Positions 19,861 to 31,400 are shown, counted from the first letter of the stretch. The stretch: DNA of 64,000 nt from Alphaproteobacteria bacterium (GCA_030833925.1 JAURGE010000007.1:8048-72047); one strand, 5' to 3'. Made by a program: numbers and translations. Notes: generated from the sequence alone by a model not told the origin.

Positions 19861-20412
19861 ATGACTCGCAAAATCAATATCTGCGTATTCTGTGGCTCAC
19901 GTGAAGGGAACAACCAAGCCTTTCGTTCGACAGCTATTGAGACGGGCAATCACATAGGAAAACGCGGTTGGCGCTTAGTTTATGGCGGGGGTGGTGTTGG
20001 CCTTATGGGCCTTGTGGCAAATTCAACTATGGAGGCTGGTGGAGACGCACTCGGCATTATTCCTGAATTTTTAAGCCTGCGCGAAGCAGGACATACAGAC
20101 CTTGATGATCTAATCGTCACCAGTGGTATGCATGACAGAAAACAAATCATGTACAGCTTCGCTGATGCTTTCATCGCCCTTCCGGGTGGGGTCGGTACAC
20201 TCGACGAAACAATCGAAATATTGACCTGGAAACAACTTGAACGTCATAAAAAACCAATAATTTTGATAGATACAAATAACTTCTGGAGAGCTTTTTTAGC
20301 TGTATTAGCGAATAGCGTAGAAACCGGTTTCATGGATAAATCCATATATGAGCTTCTAGAAATTGCCCCAGATGTAGAAACAGCATTCAAGATAATTGAA
20401 AGTCATATATAA
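19861..20412 (+). CDS. LOG-family (TIGR00730) nucleotide phosphoribohydrolase
   Basis: ICVFCGS, YGGG, GMHDRK, PGGVGTLDE; start moved to ATG 19861. Confidence 0.92.
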   Translation: MTRKINICVFCGSREGNNQAFRSTAIETGNHIGKRGWRLVYGGGGVGLMGLVANSTMEAGGDALGIIPEFLSLREAGHTDLDDLIVTSGMHDRKQIMYSFADAFIALPGGVGTLDETIEILTWKQLERHKKPIILIDTNNFWRAFLAVLANSVETGFMDKSIYELLEIAPDVETAFKIIESHI

Positions 20413-20487
20413 ATGTTACTCTAAAAATGGTTGCCAGGATGCAAATTGATTGCAACGCTTATCAGAGAGATTTGCGGGAGGCGATCT

Positions 20488-20580
20488 ATGAAATTTGGCA
20501 TCTTTTACCAATTGCAGCTTCCTAGACCATGGGAACCACACACTGAGTGGCAACTCCATCATAATGTCCCAGGCCGCTGA
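20488..20580 (+). pseudogene. 5' remnant of a luciferase-like (LLM) flavin monooxygenase gene
   Basis: GGGAGG RBS followed by MKFGIFYQLQLPRPWEPHTEWQLHHNVPGR*, a typical LLM N-terminus, stopping after 30 codons. Confidence 0.7.
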
Positions 20581-20593
20581 ATAGGCAGCGGTC

Positions 20594-20968
20594 GTGAGAA
20601 GCTATAGCGGTAGCTGTCACTGCGGGACAGTAAAAATCAAAATCTCTAAGCCGTCCCCAATATCGATGATCACCGAGTGCAACTGCTCGATCTGTCAAAA
20701 GAAAGGGATATTGCATACTGCAACAGAGCAAAATGAGCTGACGCTGGTTAAAGGAAAAGACGCGTTAACACTCTATCAATTTGGTTCCGGCGTAGCCGAA
20801 CATCAGTTCTGTAAGATTTGCGGCATTCACGTATTTGGGAGGCCGAGGAGTGCGCCTGATCGACTCACAGTAAATGTGCGCTGCCTCGATGACTTCGAAG
20901 AAATTCTGTCCTCAGCGAAAATTTCACGATTTGATGGACAAAACCATCCAAAAGACCAGTCACCATAA
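20594..20968 (+). CDS. GFA/CENP-V family Zn-binding protein
   Basis: GSCHCG, CNCSIC, FCKICG. Confidence 0.9.
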   Translation: MRSYSGSCHCGTVKIKISKPSPISMITECNCSICQKKGILHTATEQNELTLVKGKDALTLYQFGSGVAEHQFCKICGIHVFGRPRSAPDRLTVNVRCLDDFEEILSSAKISRFDGQNHPKDQSP

Positions 20969-21039
20969 CGCAGCAAAGGCTTTTGTCTGGCAGTGGCCGC
21001 AATAGAGGCCTCAGTTGAATTATCTAGCCAGAAACAGTC

Positions 21040-21525
21040 TCATTTTGGCCTTAGATAATGCATTTCATCACCTGTCCAGCCAACTCCATTTGGGACGGTA
21101 TAATAAAACTCAATGGTCATCTCTTGAAATCGCCATCCCAAATCTGTTCGGCGATAAACATCATCATAGCGACCAGACACCAAATAAGAGACCCCAAATC
21201 GGCCATAACGAGCTTCTAGATAAGAGTGACCGGTCCCTCTATCACCATCTACAAAGATGCGATGGCTATGAATCATTTGTTTTATAAAAAATCGTTCTCT
21301 CTCGCCCATTCCTTCAAAGGTTTTGGCTATTTCAACTTGGCCACGACTTTCTGATAAGTATCCGAGCTTAACGTAGGCATCCTCAGTGAAAAGTTCTGCT
21401 ATTTCTCCATAGCGCCCATCATTAATCGCGGCATGATAGGAGTCTCGCAGGGCTCGTATTTCTTCTCGATCTTCGAGCAATTGAATTCGCGCCTGAAGTC
21501 GCGCGATCATGCTATCATCTGCCAT
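21040..21525 (-). CDS. NTF2/SnoaL-like fold protein
   Basis: LEDREEIRAL..Y, LFTEDA, GRYDDVYRRTDLGWRF. Confidence 0.88.
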   Translation of the reverse strand: MADDSMIARLQARIQLLEDREEIRALRDSYHAAINDGRYGEIAELFTEDAYVKLGYLSESRGQVEIAKTFEGMGERERFFIKQMIHSHRIFVDGDRGTGHSYLEARYGRFGVSYLVSGRYDDVYRRTDLGWRFQEMTIEFYYTVPNGVGWTGDEMHYLRPK

Positions 21526-21589
21526 AGTGGCTACCCTATCCCCACTTTAAAATCGTTAAGTCTCTAGAACTATAGCAAGGATTTTTCCA

Positions 21590-22402
21590 ATGCGCCTTTG
21601 GTATCAAAGTGTTACCCGGGAAGGCTCTTTCCCTAAATATCGGGCAACACTCCAACGACTGATTGATGCTGCGAGCGGTCCAGAGGTATCCGTCGATGTT
21701 CATGGAATTCTTAGACAAGGCGGAACTGGCGACCAATATCGCTATCTCGCCTTTTTGGAGACGGTTGAAATACTAGAAAATGTCCACCGCGCTCAGGAAC
21801 AAGGCTACGATGCCTTTTTGATAGGAAATTTGTTCGATCCCGGGCTACGCGAGGCAAGAGAGATCGCAGATATCCCCATAATGAGCCTTGGTGAAACAGT
21901 AATGCAAACAGCTGAGACCATGGGTGAAAAATTTGGCTTTGTCTCAATAAATAAAAAATTCGAACCTCGCCTTTGGGATGTTCTCCACCGTCGTCGTCTT
22001 TCCGATAAGGTAGCTAAAATATCATCCATGGAAGTGCCATCTATGGCTGAACTCGAAGCTGCAGGTGACAACGGGCAAGCAACGAAAGCTCTGCTAGACA
22101 GATTTATGACTGCTGCAAACGAAACGGTAGAATCTGGGGCTGAAGTAGTTCTTGCTGCTGGTGGGGTGGTGATGGCTATTGTTTCGGATCAAGGAATGAA
22201 CAAAACAAGCGCAGGTGCTCCAATCGTTAATGGGATAGCGGCATTAATTCAGCGCGGAAAAGCAGCTGTTGAACTCCGTCGGTTAATGGGTGGTGCCTAC
22301 ACGTCCCCCGTTTTAACATTTTCCAAACCAAGTCCCAATGAAGCTGTTGGTTTCCGCAGCGCTTATGGGCAACGCGTATATCCTGGTGTTGAAGGAGAAT
22401 AA
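21590..22402 (+). CDS. Asp/Glu/hydantoin racemase-family protein lacking catalytic cysteines
   Basis: AQEQGYDAFLIGNLFDPGLREAREIADIPI, GAEVVLAAGG. Confidence 0.8.
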   Translation: MRLWYQSVTREGSFPKYRATLQRLIDAASGPEVSVDVHGILRQGGTGDQYRYLAFLETVEILENVHRAQEQGYDAFLIGNLFDPGLREAREIADIPIMSLGETVMQTAETMGEKFGFVSINKKFEPRLWDVLHRRRLSDKVAKISSMEVPSMAELEAAGDNGQATKALLDRFMTAANETVESGAEVVLAAGGVVMAIVSDQGMNKTSAGAPIVNGIAALIQRGKAAVELRRLMGGAYTSPVLTFSKPSPNEAVGFRSAYGQRVYPGVEGE

Positions 22403-23190
22403 TGCATATGGAAATGGGTCGTAGGTTTGAAGGTAAATCTGGAATCTTAACGGGTGGTGCCAAGGGCATAGGACGGGCGACTTCTCTCCGTTTTTTATCT
22501 GAAGGAGGCAATCTGGCTGTAATTGACAAAGAGCCAGCAGACGGAGAATTGGCTAACGCTCTCCGCAAAGATGCCGGTGAAGCAGCTAACAGGATCTGTT
22601 TCATTAATTGTGAAGCCACAGATGAAGCACAAGTTATTGATGCTGTTGCAAAGGCGGAAAAAGAAATAGGCACCCCCGATATTCTCATTAATAATGTTGG
22701 TTTTGGAGGCAATCCCAGACCAATAGAGGATCTTGGACTCGCCGAATGGCGTCAATTTCAAGACATTAACTTGACCAGCGTTTTTCTAGTAACGAGGGCA
22801 GTTCTTCCGGGAATGCGAACACGAGGCTACGGCAGGATTGTGAATCTTGCTTCAATAGCGGGTCGCAGTATTTCTGAAATTTCCAATCTTCATTATTCAA
22901 CAGCAAAAGCTGCTGTCTTAGGTTTCACTAGAAAATTAGCATTTGAAGAAGCACCGAATGGCATCACGATAAATGCCGTTGCTCCTGGGACAGTTTTCAC
23001 AGAACGCGTTGAAACACGGTATCGAGCACTTCCTGAGGCTGAGCAGGTTCAACGAATGGATGAGATACCAATGAAGAGAGCTGCCAGGCCCGAAGAAATT
23101 GCTGCTGCAATTCTTTTTTTAGCCTCCGATGATGCCAGCTACATCACTGGTGCTGCATTGGATGTAAATGGTGGCCGGTTTATGAGTTGA
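22402..23190 (+). CDS. Short-chain dehydrogenase/reductase
   Basis: TGGAKGIG, NNVG, YSTAK; overlaps the upstream stop codon. Confidence 0.92.
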   Translation: MHMEMGRRFEGKSGILTGGAKGIGRATSLRFLSEGGNLAVIDKEPADGELANALRKDAGEAANRICFINCEATDEAQVIDAVAKAEKEIGTPDILINNVGFGGNPRPIEDLGLAEWRQFQDINLTSVFLVTRAVLPGMRTRGYGRIVNLASIAGRSISEISNLHYSTAKAAVLGFTRKLAFEEAPNGITINAVAPGTVFTERVETRYRALPEAEQVQRMDEIPMKRAARPEEIAAAILFLASDDASYITGAALDVNGGRFMS

Positions 23191-23334
23191 AAGTGTTGTG
23201 ACTTTCTTATGATTAAAATCTAGTTTGGTCCCGCTACCATTTGACCTCATGGAAACTGTCGGAAAGCCAATCCATATGGTGGTATGACACCACGAGTGAC
23301 CTACCCAAGAAGCAGTAGAAGATCCGATATACCG

Positions 23335-24567
23335 ATGCGCAGGGATGAATATGAAGCTTTTTTCAAAGATGGCATTTCCAGCCTTCAAAATGAAGGTCGG
23401 TATCGAGTTTTTGCAGCGCTAGAACGCCTTACGGGTCAGCACCCTCGTGCGGTATGGCACGGCCCCGATGGAACAAAAAAAGACATAATCAACTGGTGCT
23501 CCAACGATTATCTTGGAATGAGTCAGCACCCAAGTGTTGTTAAAGCTGCTGAAGAAACGCTAAAAAATGAAGGTGCTGGTGCCGGGGGAACTCGGAATAT
23601 TGCAGGCTGCAATCACCTACACGTTGAATTGGAAGCTGAACTTGCTGACCTTCATGAAAAGGAGGCTTCGCTTCTCTTTACTTCTGGGTACGTAGCAAAT
23701 GAGGCGGCCCTTGGTGCTGTCGCTGGAATGCTTCCAAACGCTGTTATTTTTTCGGACGCGTTAAATCATGCTTCGATGATAGCTGGTATAAGAACTAGCG
23801 GTGCCGAAAAACATATCTTTAGACACAATGACATAGCCGACTTGAAGCGGCTTCTTCAGTCCGTTGACCCAACACGACCAAAGATAATTGCATTTGAGTC
23901 AATTTACTCAATGGAAGGGGACATTGCTCCAATATCAGCGATATGTGATCTCGCAGATGAGTATGGCGCCCTCACCTATTTAGATGAAGTACACGCTGTG
24001 GGGATGTACGGTGAACGAGGTGGCGGTATTGCCGAACACGTTGGTGTAATGGACCGAGTGGACCTGATAGAAGGAACTTTAGCTAAAGCTTTTGGAGTTT
24101 TAGGAGGCTATGTCGCAGGTTCGGAAGCCGCTATCGATTTCATCCGTTCCCACGCTGCTAGCTTTATATTTACCACGGCACCAGCACCAGCTTTGGCGGC
24201 CGGAGCTCTGGCTGCTGTTCGCCACCTTAAATCGAGCCAGCAAGAACGATCAGCACAACAGCGCCAAGTCCAATTAATGAAGAATAAACTGCGCTCTGCA
24301 GGTCTGCCCCAGCTGCCTTCTGCTAGCCACATCGTTCCGATCCCCGTTGGTGATCCTAAGTTATGCAAGCAAGCAAGCGATATTTTGCTAAAAGAATATG
24401 GAATTTATGTGCAGCCTATTAATTACCCAACAGTTCCAAGAGGAACTGAACGCCTGCGCTTCACGCCCGGACCCAACCATGACGATAGAATGATAGAAGA
24501 AGCCGTCCAAGCTCTTACCGAAGTTTGGCTTCGTCTTGGTCTATCCATTATTCATAGGGCTGCTTGA
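23335..24567 (+). CDS. hemA: 5-aminolevulinate synthase (start uncertain)
   Basis: [37 protein letters not shown]. Confidence 0.95.
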   Translation: MRRDEYEAFFKDGISSLQNEGRYRVFAALERLTGQHPRAVWHGPDGTKKDIINWCSNDYLGMSQHPSVVKAAEETLKNEGAGAGGTRNIAGCNHLHVELEAELADLHEKEASLLFTSGYVANEAALGAVAGMLPNAVIFSDALNHASMIAGIRTSGAEKHIFRHNDIADLKRLLQSVDPTRPKIIAFESIYSMEGDIAPISAICDLADEYGALTYLDEVHAVGMYGERGGGIAEHVGVMDRVDLIEGTLAKAFGVLGGYVAGSEAAIDFIRSHAASFIFTTAPAPALAAGALAAVRHLKSSQQERSAQQRQVQLMKNKLRSAGLPQLPSASHIVPIPVGDPKLCKQASDILLKEYGIYVQPINYPTVPRGTERLRFTPGPNHDDRMIEEAVQALTEVWLRLGLSIIHRAA

Positions 24568-24799
24568 TAGGTTTTTAAGACGATTGTCGCGGTATAAGTG
24601 GCAAATTTGAAAAATAACGACGTTTAAACAAGCTTTTTTCATGGCTTTGCATTAGCGCTCCATGAGCTAGGTTGCCTTTTTGAGTTGCTAAAAAACAATC
24701 TGAATTTAGTGATATCCTTGTTTGATTTAAGTATTCCGGGTTCCAGATGCGCTTAAGGCATCGTAGGCTTTTTTCGATAACCGCGTCGGAGCCCATAAA

Positions 24800-26362
24800 A
24801 TGTTGCACACTCCAGAGACATTCATCCCTACAAAAGCAGTTGTACATTCATCGGGAGGAATAGTCGCGGCGCAACACTGGGAGGCAGCCGAAGCAGGGGC
24901 AGCTGTGCTTAGAGCTGGCGGCAATGCAATTGATGCGGCCATTGCTACTGCGCTGGCGATAGGCTGTGTAGAACCATGGATGAGCGGCATAGGTGGCGGC
25001 GGCTATATGCTGATTGGCTTAGCCGGAAGTAAAAAAGTGTACCAAGCAACATACGGAATGATTGCGCCTAAGGCCCTTGACCCAGGGCGATATCCACTCG
25101 CAAAGGGTGGTGTTGCTCCTGCAGACTTTCTCTTTGTATGGCCCCGCGTTGAAGACGATCGCAATGTCCTTGGCCCAGAAGCTGTTTGCGTACCTGGCGC
25201 AGTCGCCGGATTTTCTAATGTACTAGAACGTTTTGGAACGCTTACCTGGCGTGAAGCCATTCAACCTGCAATTTCTCTCGCCGAGAAAGGAATGCCGACT
25301 GACTGGTATCAGACGCTTCAAATTGCATACGGTGCAGCAGCTGGGTTAGGAAAATTTAAAGAAAGTGCAAAGACCTATCTCCCAGATGGCACTCCCCCTG
25401 TTTCTCTTTCATCACATGCACCTAACAGAATAATTCTTGGAAACTTAGGTAAAACATTGCACCGCTTAGCTGAAGCTGGTCCAGCAGATTTCTATAAAGG
25501 CAAGATCGCTGACTTGATCCTTTCAGATCTTCAAGATTCAGCATTCCAGGCTGCGGATCTCAATGACTACAACGCACCAATCACAGAGGTTGAGGGGATA
25601 GAATATCGAGGAAAACGCATACATCTCACGAGTGGCCTGACCGCTGGGCCAACTTTTGCACGCGCCCTTAACACCATCCAACAGACGTTAAATCCCTCAG
25701 CCGGATTGGGCATAGATGCCTACGTTGCATGGGCTGATGCACTCAAAGAAGCATATGAATATCGGTTTAAGTTCCTTGGACATGCAGCGCCTGCGGACGA
25801 GCTAGCCTGCACAACACATCTATGTGTTGTCGATCGTGAAGGAAACATGGTCTCTCTCACGAATACCTTATTAGAACGATTTGGTTCACGTTACATGGGT
25901 TCAGAAACGGGCATACTCTTTAACAACGGCATGATGTGGTTTGACCCGGAGCCAGGAAAGCCAAATTCAATTGCAGCAGGGCAACGCCCCCTCTCAAATA
26001 TGTGTCCAACCATTGTAACTGATAATGGCGTACCTGTTTTTGCCTGTGGAGCTTCCGGAGGCAGACGCATTGTTCCTGCTTGCTTCCAACTTACGTCAAT
26101 GGCAGTCGACTTTGGCATGGATCTAGACATGATCTATTCCACACCACGCCTCGACGTCTCAGGGACCGATGGCGCTATGGCTGATGCGCGGCTAGAACCG
26201 GAAATCATCCAAGCAATTGCAGCAAGAATGCCAGTTCAGCCGACTTTTCAATCGGTAGGGACCCGTCCATTCGCAAATCCACAAGCCGTTATGCGTCAGG
26301 GCAACAAAAATTCCGCGGCGGCCGTTATCGAAATGGCAACTTCAGCTGCAGTGGCAGAATAA
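24800..26362 (+). CDS. Gamma-glutamyltransferase-family Ntn hydrolase
   Basis: GGNAIDAAIA, EPWMSGIGGGG, nucleophile CTTH, NNGM, GASGG; no signal peptide. Confidence 0.9.
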   Translation: MLHTPETFIPTKAVVHSSGGIVAAQHWEAAEAGAAVLRAGGNAIDAAIATALAIGCVEPWMSGIGGGGYMLIGLAGSKKVYQATYGMIAPKALDPGRYPLAKGGVAPADFLFVWPRVEDDRNVLGPEAVCVPGAVAGFSNVLERFGTLTWREAIQPAISLAEKGMPTDWYQTLQIAYGAAAGLGKFKESAKTYLPDGTPPVSLSSHAPNRIILGNLGKTLHRLAEAGPADFYKGKIADLILSDLQDSAFQAADLNDYNAPITEVEGIEYRGKRIHLTSGLTAGPTFARALNTIQQTLNPSAGLGIDAYVAWADALKEAYEYRFKFLGHAAPADELACTTHLCVVDREGNMVSLTNTLLERFGSRYMGSETGILFNNGMMWFDPEPGKPNSIAAGQRPLSNMCPTIVTDNGVPVFACGASGGRRIVPACFQLTSMAVDFGMDLDMIYSTPRLDVSGTDGAMADARLEPEIIQAIAARMPVQPTFQSVGTRPFANPQAVMRQGNKNSAAAVIEMATSAAVAE

Positions 26363-26364
26363 AA

Positions 26365-27729
26365 ATGACTGAACTTCCAAGCAATCCTCAAGACCTTCGC
26401 GTCCCAGACCCTGGAATTCGAGGCTTATTTAAGACTGACAGTCGCTGGCAAGCTTGGCTGGACGTTGAGGCGGCTCTTGCTAAAGCTCAAGCTAAGATTG
26501 GCATGATTCCACTTCAAGCCGCCGAGGAAATTTCTAAAAAGGCAAAACTGACGCTTTTTGATAGGAAGAAATTGGCAGATGGGTTTCTGCGAAGTGGTCA
26601 CACATTAACACCCTTGATCTGGGAACTGGATCGCGTTTGCGAGGGCGATGCCGGTGGTTATGCTCATTGGGGTGCCACCACCCAAAACATCGTACAAACG
26701 GGTGACCTGCTAATTTTACGGCAAGCGGATGCAATCTTTTGCAAACAGCTATCTGAGCTTTTGGATCTAATGGCTGATCTTGCCGAATATCATGCAGACA
26801 CGCCTATGGCCGCCCGCACCCACGGCCAACATGCAGTTCCCACCACATTCGGTGCCAAGGTAGCAGTTTGGATTGATGAATTAGGTCGTCATGGTGAGAG
26901 GCTCAAGGAGGCGTCTCCAAGGGTATTTCGGGCAATGCTGGGTGGGGCTGCGGGAACCCTCGCCTCATTCGGAGACAAAGGTTTTACCCTTCAAGAAGCC
27001 TTTGCAGCTGAGTTAGGCATGACCGCCATGCCTGTACCAAGCCGCGCGGAAGGCGATCATCTATCCGAATATGTTTTATTGCTGGGCTTGATGGCAGCAA
27101 CATGTGGAAAGATCGCACGCGAGATATACACTCTTCAAAAGCAAGAATTTGGTGAATTGGAAGAGCCTACACCGGAGGGTTCAGTTGGTTCGAGTACAAT
27201 GCCACAGAAACGTAACCCTTTTATGGCTCAAGATATTGTCGCGTTAGCTTCAGAAATTCGTATGCAAGTCCCTCTCGCCCTTGAAGCAATGCAAACAGAG
27301 CACGAGGCAGATCGGGCGACTTCCCTTCAAATACGTCAGGCAACTGAGAGAGCATGCGTGGCAACAGGCGATATGTTGGCCCGCATGAATATCATCATCA
27401 AGGGGCTTACCGTTAAACCAACGCGGATGCGAGAAAACCTCGATTTAACTAATGGGCTCATAATGGCTGAACCAATAATGCTCGCTCTTGGATCAAGTAT
27501 TGGACGACAGTTAGCCCATGATATTGTTTACGATGCGGCTCAGGCAGCCGCAGTCGGAAAAGGTCGATTTGTAGATCTTTTAGCAGCGGACCAACGCATA
27601 TCATCGGCTATTTCTAAACAAAACCTTGAAAAGTTGCTTAATCCGGTCAGCTACGTTGGGCTATCACCCGAACTTGCGCGAAGGGCGGCCATATCTGCAA
27701 GAAAAACAGCAGGTCAATTGAAACATTAA
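26365..27729 (+). CDS. Adenylosuccinate lyase / PcaB-like lyase (fumarase superfamily)
   Basis: HWGATTQN, ARTHGQHA, GSSTMPQKRNP. Confidence 0.88.
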   Translation: MTELPSNPQDLRVPDPGIRGLFKTDSRWQAWLDVEAALAKAQAKIGMIPLQAAEEISKKAKLTLFDRKKLADGFLRSGHTLTPLIWELDRVCEGDAGGYAHWGATTQNIVQTGDLLILRQADAIFCKQLSELLDLMADLAEYHADTPMAARTHGQHAVPTTFGAKVAVWIDELGRHGERLKEASPRVFRAMLGGAAGTLASFGDKGFTLQEAFAAELGMTAMPVPSRAEGDHLSEYVLLLGLMAATCGKIAREIYTLQKQEFGELEEPTPEGSVGSSTMPQKRNPFMAQDIVALASEIRMQVPLALEAMQTEHEADRATSLQIRQATERACVATGDMLARMNIIIKGLTVKPTRMRENLDLTNGLIMAEPIMLALGSSIGRQLAHDIVYDAAQAAAVGKGRFVDLLAADQRISSAISKQNLEKLLNPVSYVGLSPELARRAAISARKTAGQLKH

Positions 27730-27757
27730 ACAAAGGCGCGAGAGATTGCGATGCCTC

Positions 27758-28408
27758 TTAGAAGACACCATATTTTTTGAGAGCATCGACCGGATCCATG
27801 CCCGCCATCAGTGCAGATCTCATTTCAGTTTCGGCTCCCGCTTTTACCTCGGTAGCAGCGATGGCTTCTTCAGCCATGTTCCGAGGAATAATCACGACGC
27901 CATCAATATCAGCGAGCACATAATCACCGCTCACAATCCTTACTCCACCAATATCAATGGGCTGCCCCATGCTTTTTGCTTTCCATCTTCCGACAATATC
28001 TTTTGGAGTATTAAAACGGCAGAAGGTGGGAAATTTATTTTCTAGTAGGAAAGAGACGTCTCGGGTTGCCCCATCCACAATATAACCCCGTACCCCTTTC
28101 TTTTTCAGGACTTCCGAGGACAACTCCCCCATCAGAGCAACTTCATATGTATTCGGCTGGCACACCAAAACCTTTCCTGTTGGCGCCCGCGAGAGAACAG
28201 TAGCCCAACTAATGAGCGTTTCATTATCATCCTGGCCAACCTCAAAATGCCCATCAATCGTAAATATCTCTCCTGCTAATTTTTGGCCTGGGATTAACGC
28301 TGAAATACCCGGAGGAAGCACACAATTATCATGCCCCAATGCACGCAATGAATCATAAACTGCACTTGCATAAAGTTTCTCGAGGCGAGCAATTAAATTA
28401 TTTTCCAC
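27758..28408 (-). CDS. RraA-family / HMG aldolase-like protein
   Basis: ALMGEL, DGATRD, GDYVLADIDGVVIIP. Confidence 0.88.
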   Translation of the reverse strand: MENNLIARLEKLYASAVYDSLRALGHDNCVLPPGISALIPGQKLAGEIFTIDGHFEVGQDDNETLISWATVLSRAPTGKVLVCQPNTYEVALMGELSSEVLKKKGVRGYIVDGATRDVSFLLENKFPTFCRFNTPKDIVGRWKAKSMGQPIDIGGVRIVSGDYVLADIDGVVIIPRNMAEEAIAATEVKAGAETEMRSALMAGMDPVDALKKYGVF

Positions 28409-28428
28409 AGGAGTTCCTACGTTTTTTG

Positions 28429-31400
28429 TTAGTTATTACTTAAAGAAAAATGCTTAATGCTCTGTATTTTATTTGTTATTTCTGAAAAAATTTTTCTCAA
28501 ATCACTGCCGATAACCACCAGTGCCGGCACCACAAATAAGACTAAGAACGTTGCAATTAGTAGTCCAAACACGATGGTCACCGCCATTGGAATTAAGAAA
28601 CGTGCCTGCAAACTTGTTTCAAACATCATAGGGGTTAGACCACCTATGGTGGTTAGTGAAGTAAGAAGTACTGCCCTAAGCCTATCGACACTGCCTTGAG
28701 TTGCAGCAACGGTAAGATCCTCACCCTCAGCTCTATGTTCATCAATCGCAATGATCAGGACTATGGAGTCATTAACTACAATCCCAGCAAGTCCTAAAAG
28801 AGCTATCATTGAAAGAATTGTGAGATCAAATCCCATCAATAAATGCCCAAAAGAAGCGCCGATAAACCCAAAGGGTATAATTATCATTACAGCTAAAGGA
28901 CGGCTAAAACTTCCAAAGACCCAGCAGAGCACAATGTACATTAAGACTAGGCCAATAAGTGCACCTGTCTTCATGTCCTTGAACGTTCCCTGTTGCTCTT
29001 CTGCCTTGCCAGCAAACCTGTAGGCTATTCCATACTTGGCAGCGATATCAGATAAGCCATCTCTTTCTAGAGCAGCTAGAACATCATTGCTCGTCGTAAT
29101 TGTTTCGTCGATTTCGGCCGTAACAGCGATACGCCGTGTTCCATCTTCCCGCTTAATTTGTGAGAAGCCGGCAGTTTCTCGGAAATTTACGATTTCACTC
29201 AGGGGAATTTGAACACCAGACGGCGAACGGACGTATAAATCCCGAACTGATAAACCAGACAGAGAATTTTGATCGAGACGAACTCTTACTGTGATTTCAT
29301 CATCCCCGCGAGGAAAACGCTTCGCAATAGCGCCAGAATAAGCATCGCGGACCTGTCGGGAAACATTTTCCGTTGTAAATCCAAGGGCATGACCCTTATC
29401 ACTCAATTCAAGAACAAGCTCGCCCTTTCCATAGGGCATGTCGTCTTCGATTGCGCTAGTACCAGAATAATTTTCTAGTAAACCACGAACCGCCTGAGCT
29501 GCCTGCTTAAGAACTGCAGGATCCCCTCCCGATAACCTTATATCTACTTCACGCCCCGGCGGCCCACCTTGCGCCGGAGTTAAAGTAAAACTCTCAATCC
29601 CGGCAATTGACGGTAAAGCAGCATTCCACGCAGATAAAAACTCATTGGTTCTGACAGTTCTATTGTCTGACGATATAAGCTCGAGGAAAACTGAACCAAT
29701 TTCGTCACCATTGGTTCCGGTTCCTTGTTCGCGCCCAACAGTTGCTCCAACTTTCGCTAGAGTCTGACGAACAAGGTCTCCCTTGTTGAAACCAAGCTTC
29801 TGCTCAGCTTCATATGCGGCTTTTTCTATTTGACGAACAGCATTCTCTGTTGCGTTTCGCCCTCCGCCGGGGATGAGCCTAACATTAGCAAATACAACAT
29901 CGGCCTCGACAGAAGGAAAAAAATTAAATGCAACACGCCCACCAGCTACGAGACCAGCCGAAACTATGAGTGCTGCAATTGCAGCAGCCACTGTTGCATA
30001 GCGAAACTGGATAGCAGCCAATACAGCACGCTTGAATGTACCGTCTCGGAAACGATCAAATGCTCTGTTAAAAGCAGCACGTATCCCATATTGCGCTACC
30101 ATTGGGCCTCTTAATGCGCTTTTCATATGCCCTGGCAATGCAAGAAAACACTCGAATAAACTTGCTAAAAGGGCAGCGACCACAGCCATTGGTATGGCGG
30201 CAATTATTACCCCAATAAGATCGCCTATTACGAAAAGTGGAAGAAATGCGGCGATTGTTGTTAACGTCGAGCTCACAACAGGCGCTGCCATTTTCCGCGC
30301 GCCCTGCTCTGCAGCCGCTAGAGCTGACAACCCTTTGCGGCGCAGAGACTCCGCATGTTCACCAACAACGATTGCGTCGTCTACGACAATTCCCAAGACC
30401 AAAATAAGACCAAACAAACTAATCATATTGACTGATTGGCCAGACAACCACATGACAGCGAGCGCTGCCATTAGTGATGCAGGGATACCAACCGCGACCC
30501 AAAAAGCAACTCGGACATTTAAGAAAAGGAATAACACAAGTACCACGAGTACAAGCCCACTTGCTCCGTTCTTAATTAACAGCCAAATCCTTTCCTTTAC
30601 TAGATTTGACTCAACGCCGTACTTTTCGACACGTAAGTCAGGCGGAAGAGTTGGCAAAACCTTGTCCAAGTAGTCATCAAGGATAGTGGCCGTCTCTAAA
30701 CTGTCAGCTGTGGTCGCGCGTTGAACAAGTAATTCTATGGCCGGCGATCCAAAGTGTAGCGCTGTGACCTGATCCGCATCAAAGGTTTCACGAACTACTG
30801 CAACATCAGCAATGCGCACCTTACTACCAAGGTCGATATTTTTTAGCTCAATGGCTGCGATTTCCCCCGCCGTTTTTGCCAGTCCTAAACTACGAATTTG
30901 ACGAATACCCCCACCAGTTTCACCTGAAGGAATATCTTGCGATGAGCTAGAAATTGCGCGGGAAACATCCGCCAATGTCACATCGATGGCACGCAGCCGA
31001 AATGGATCTACCTCAACCGATATTTCAGGATCCCGCATCCCTGAAAATGAGACACGGGCAATACCAGCCTTCATCATCTCATCACGCATACGTTTGGCTA
31101 ATGTTCGAAGAGCTGATTCAGAATACGGGCCAGATAGAGCAATTCGCGCGATAGTGTCATAGCGGACAATTCGCGCTACATCGGGTTGTTCACTTCCCTG
31201 GGGAAGTGTTGTGGCACGCGCAACAGCCGCATCAACATTTGCGAATGCATTCTGCATATTCGCACCTTGTTGAAACTCTACAATAACAGACGCAGCCCCT
31301 TCCCGCGCTGTAGACCTCACTCTTTTAACATCATCTAAAAACCGGACTTCTCTCTCGATTGTTTGCACAATTGAGAGGTCTACATCATCTGCCGACGCAC

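Noticed and set aside
18478-20454. Shared 10-mer ATTGATTGCA upstream of operon A and of the LLM remnant
   Set aside because: A short AT-rich match expected by chance; no third copy noticed upstream of operon B
23335-23364. Possible 1-nt frameshift at the hemA start (ATG AA TAT GAA would give a canonical MxYEAFF)
   Set aside because: An in-frame ATG at 23335 gives a full protein, so no frameshift is needed
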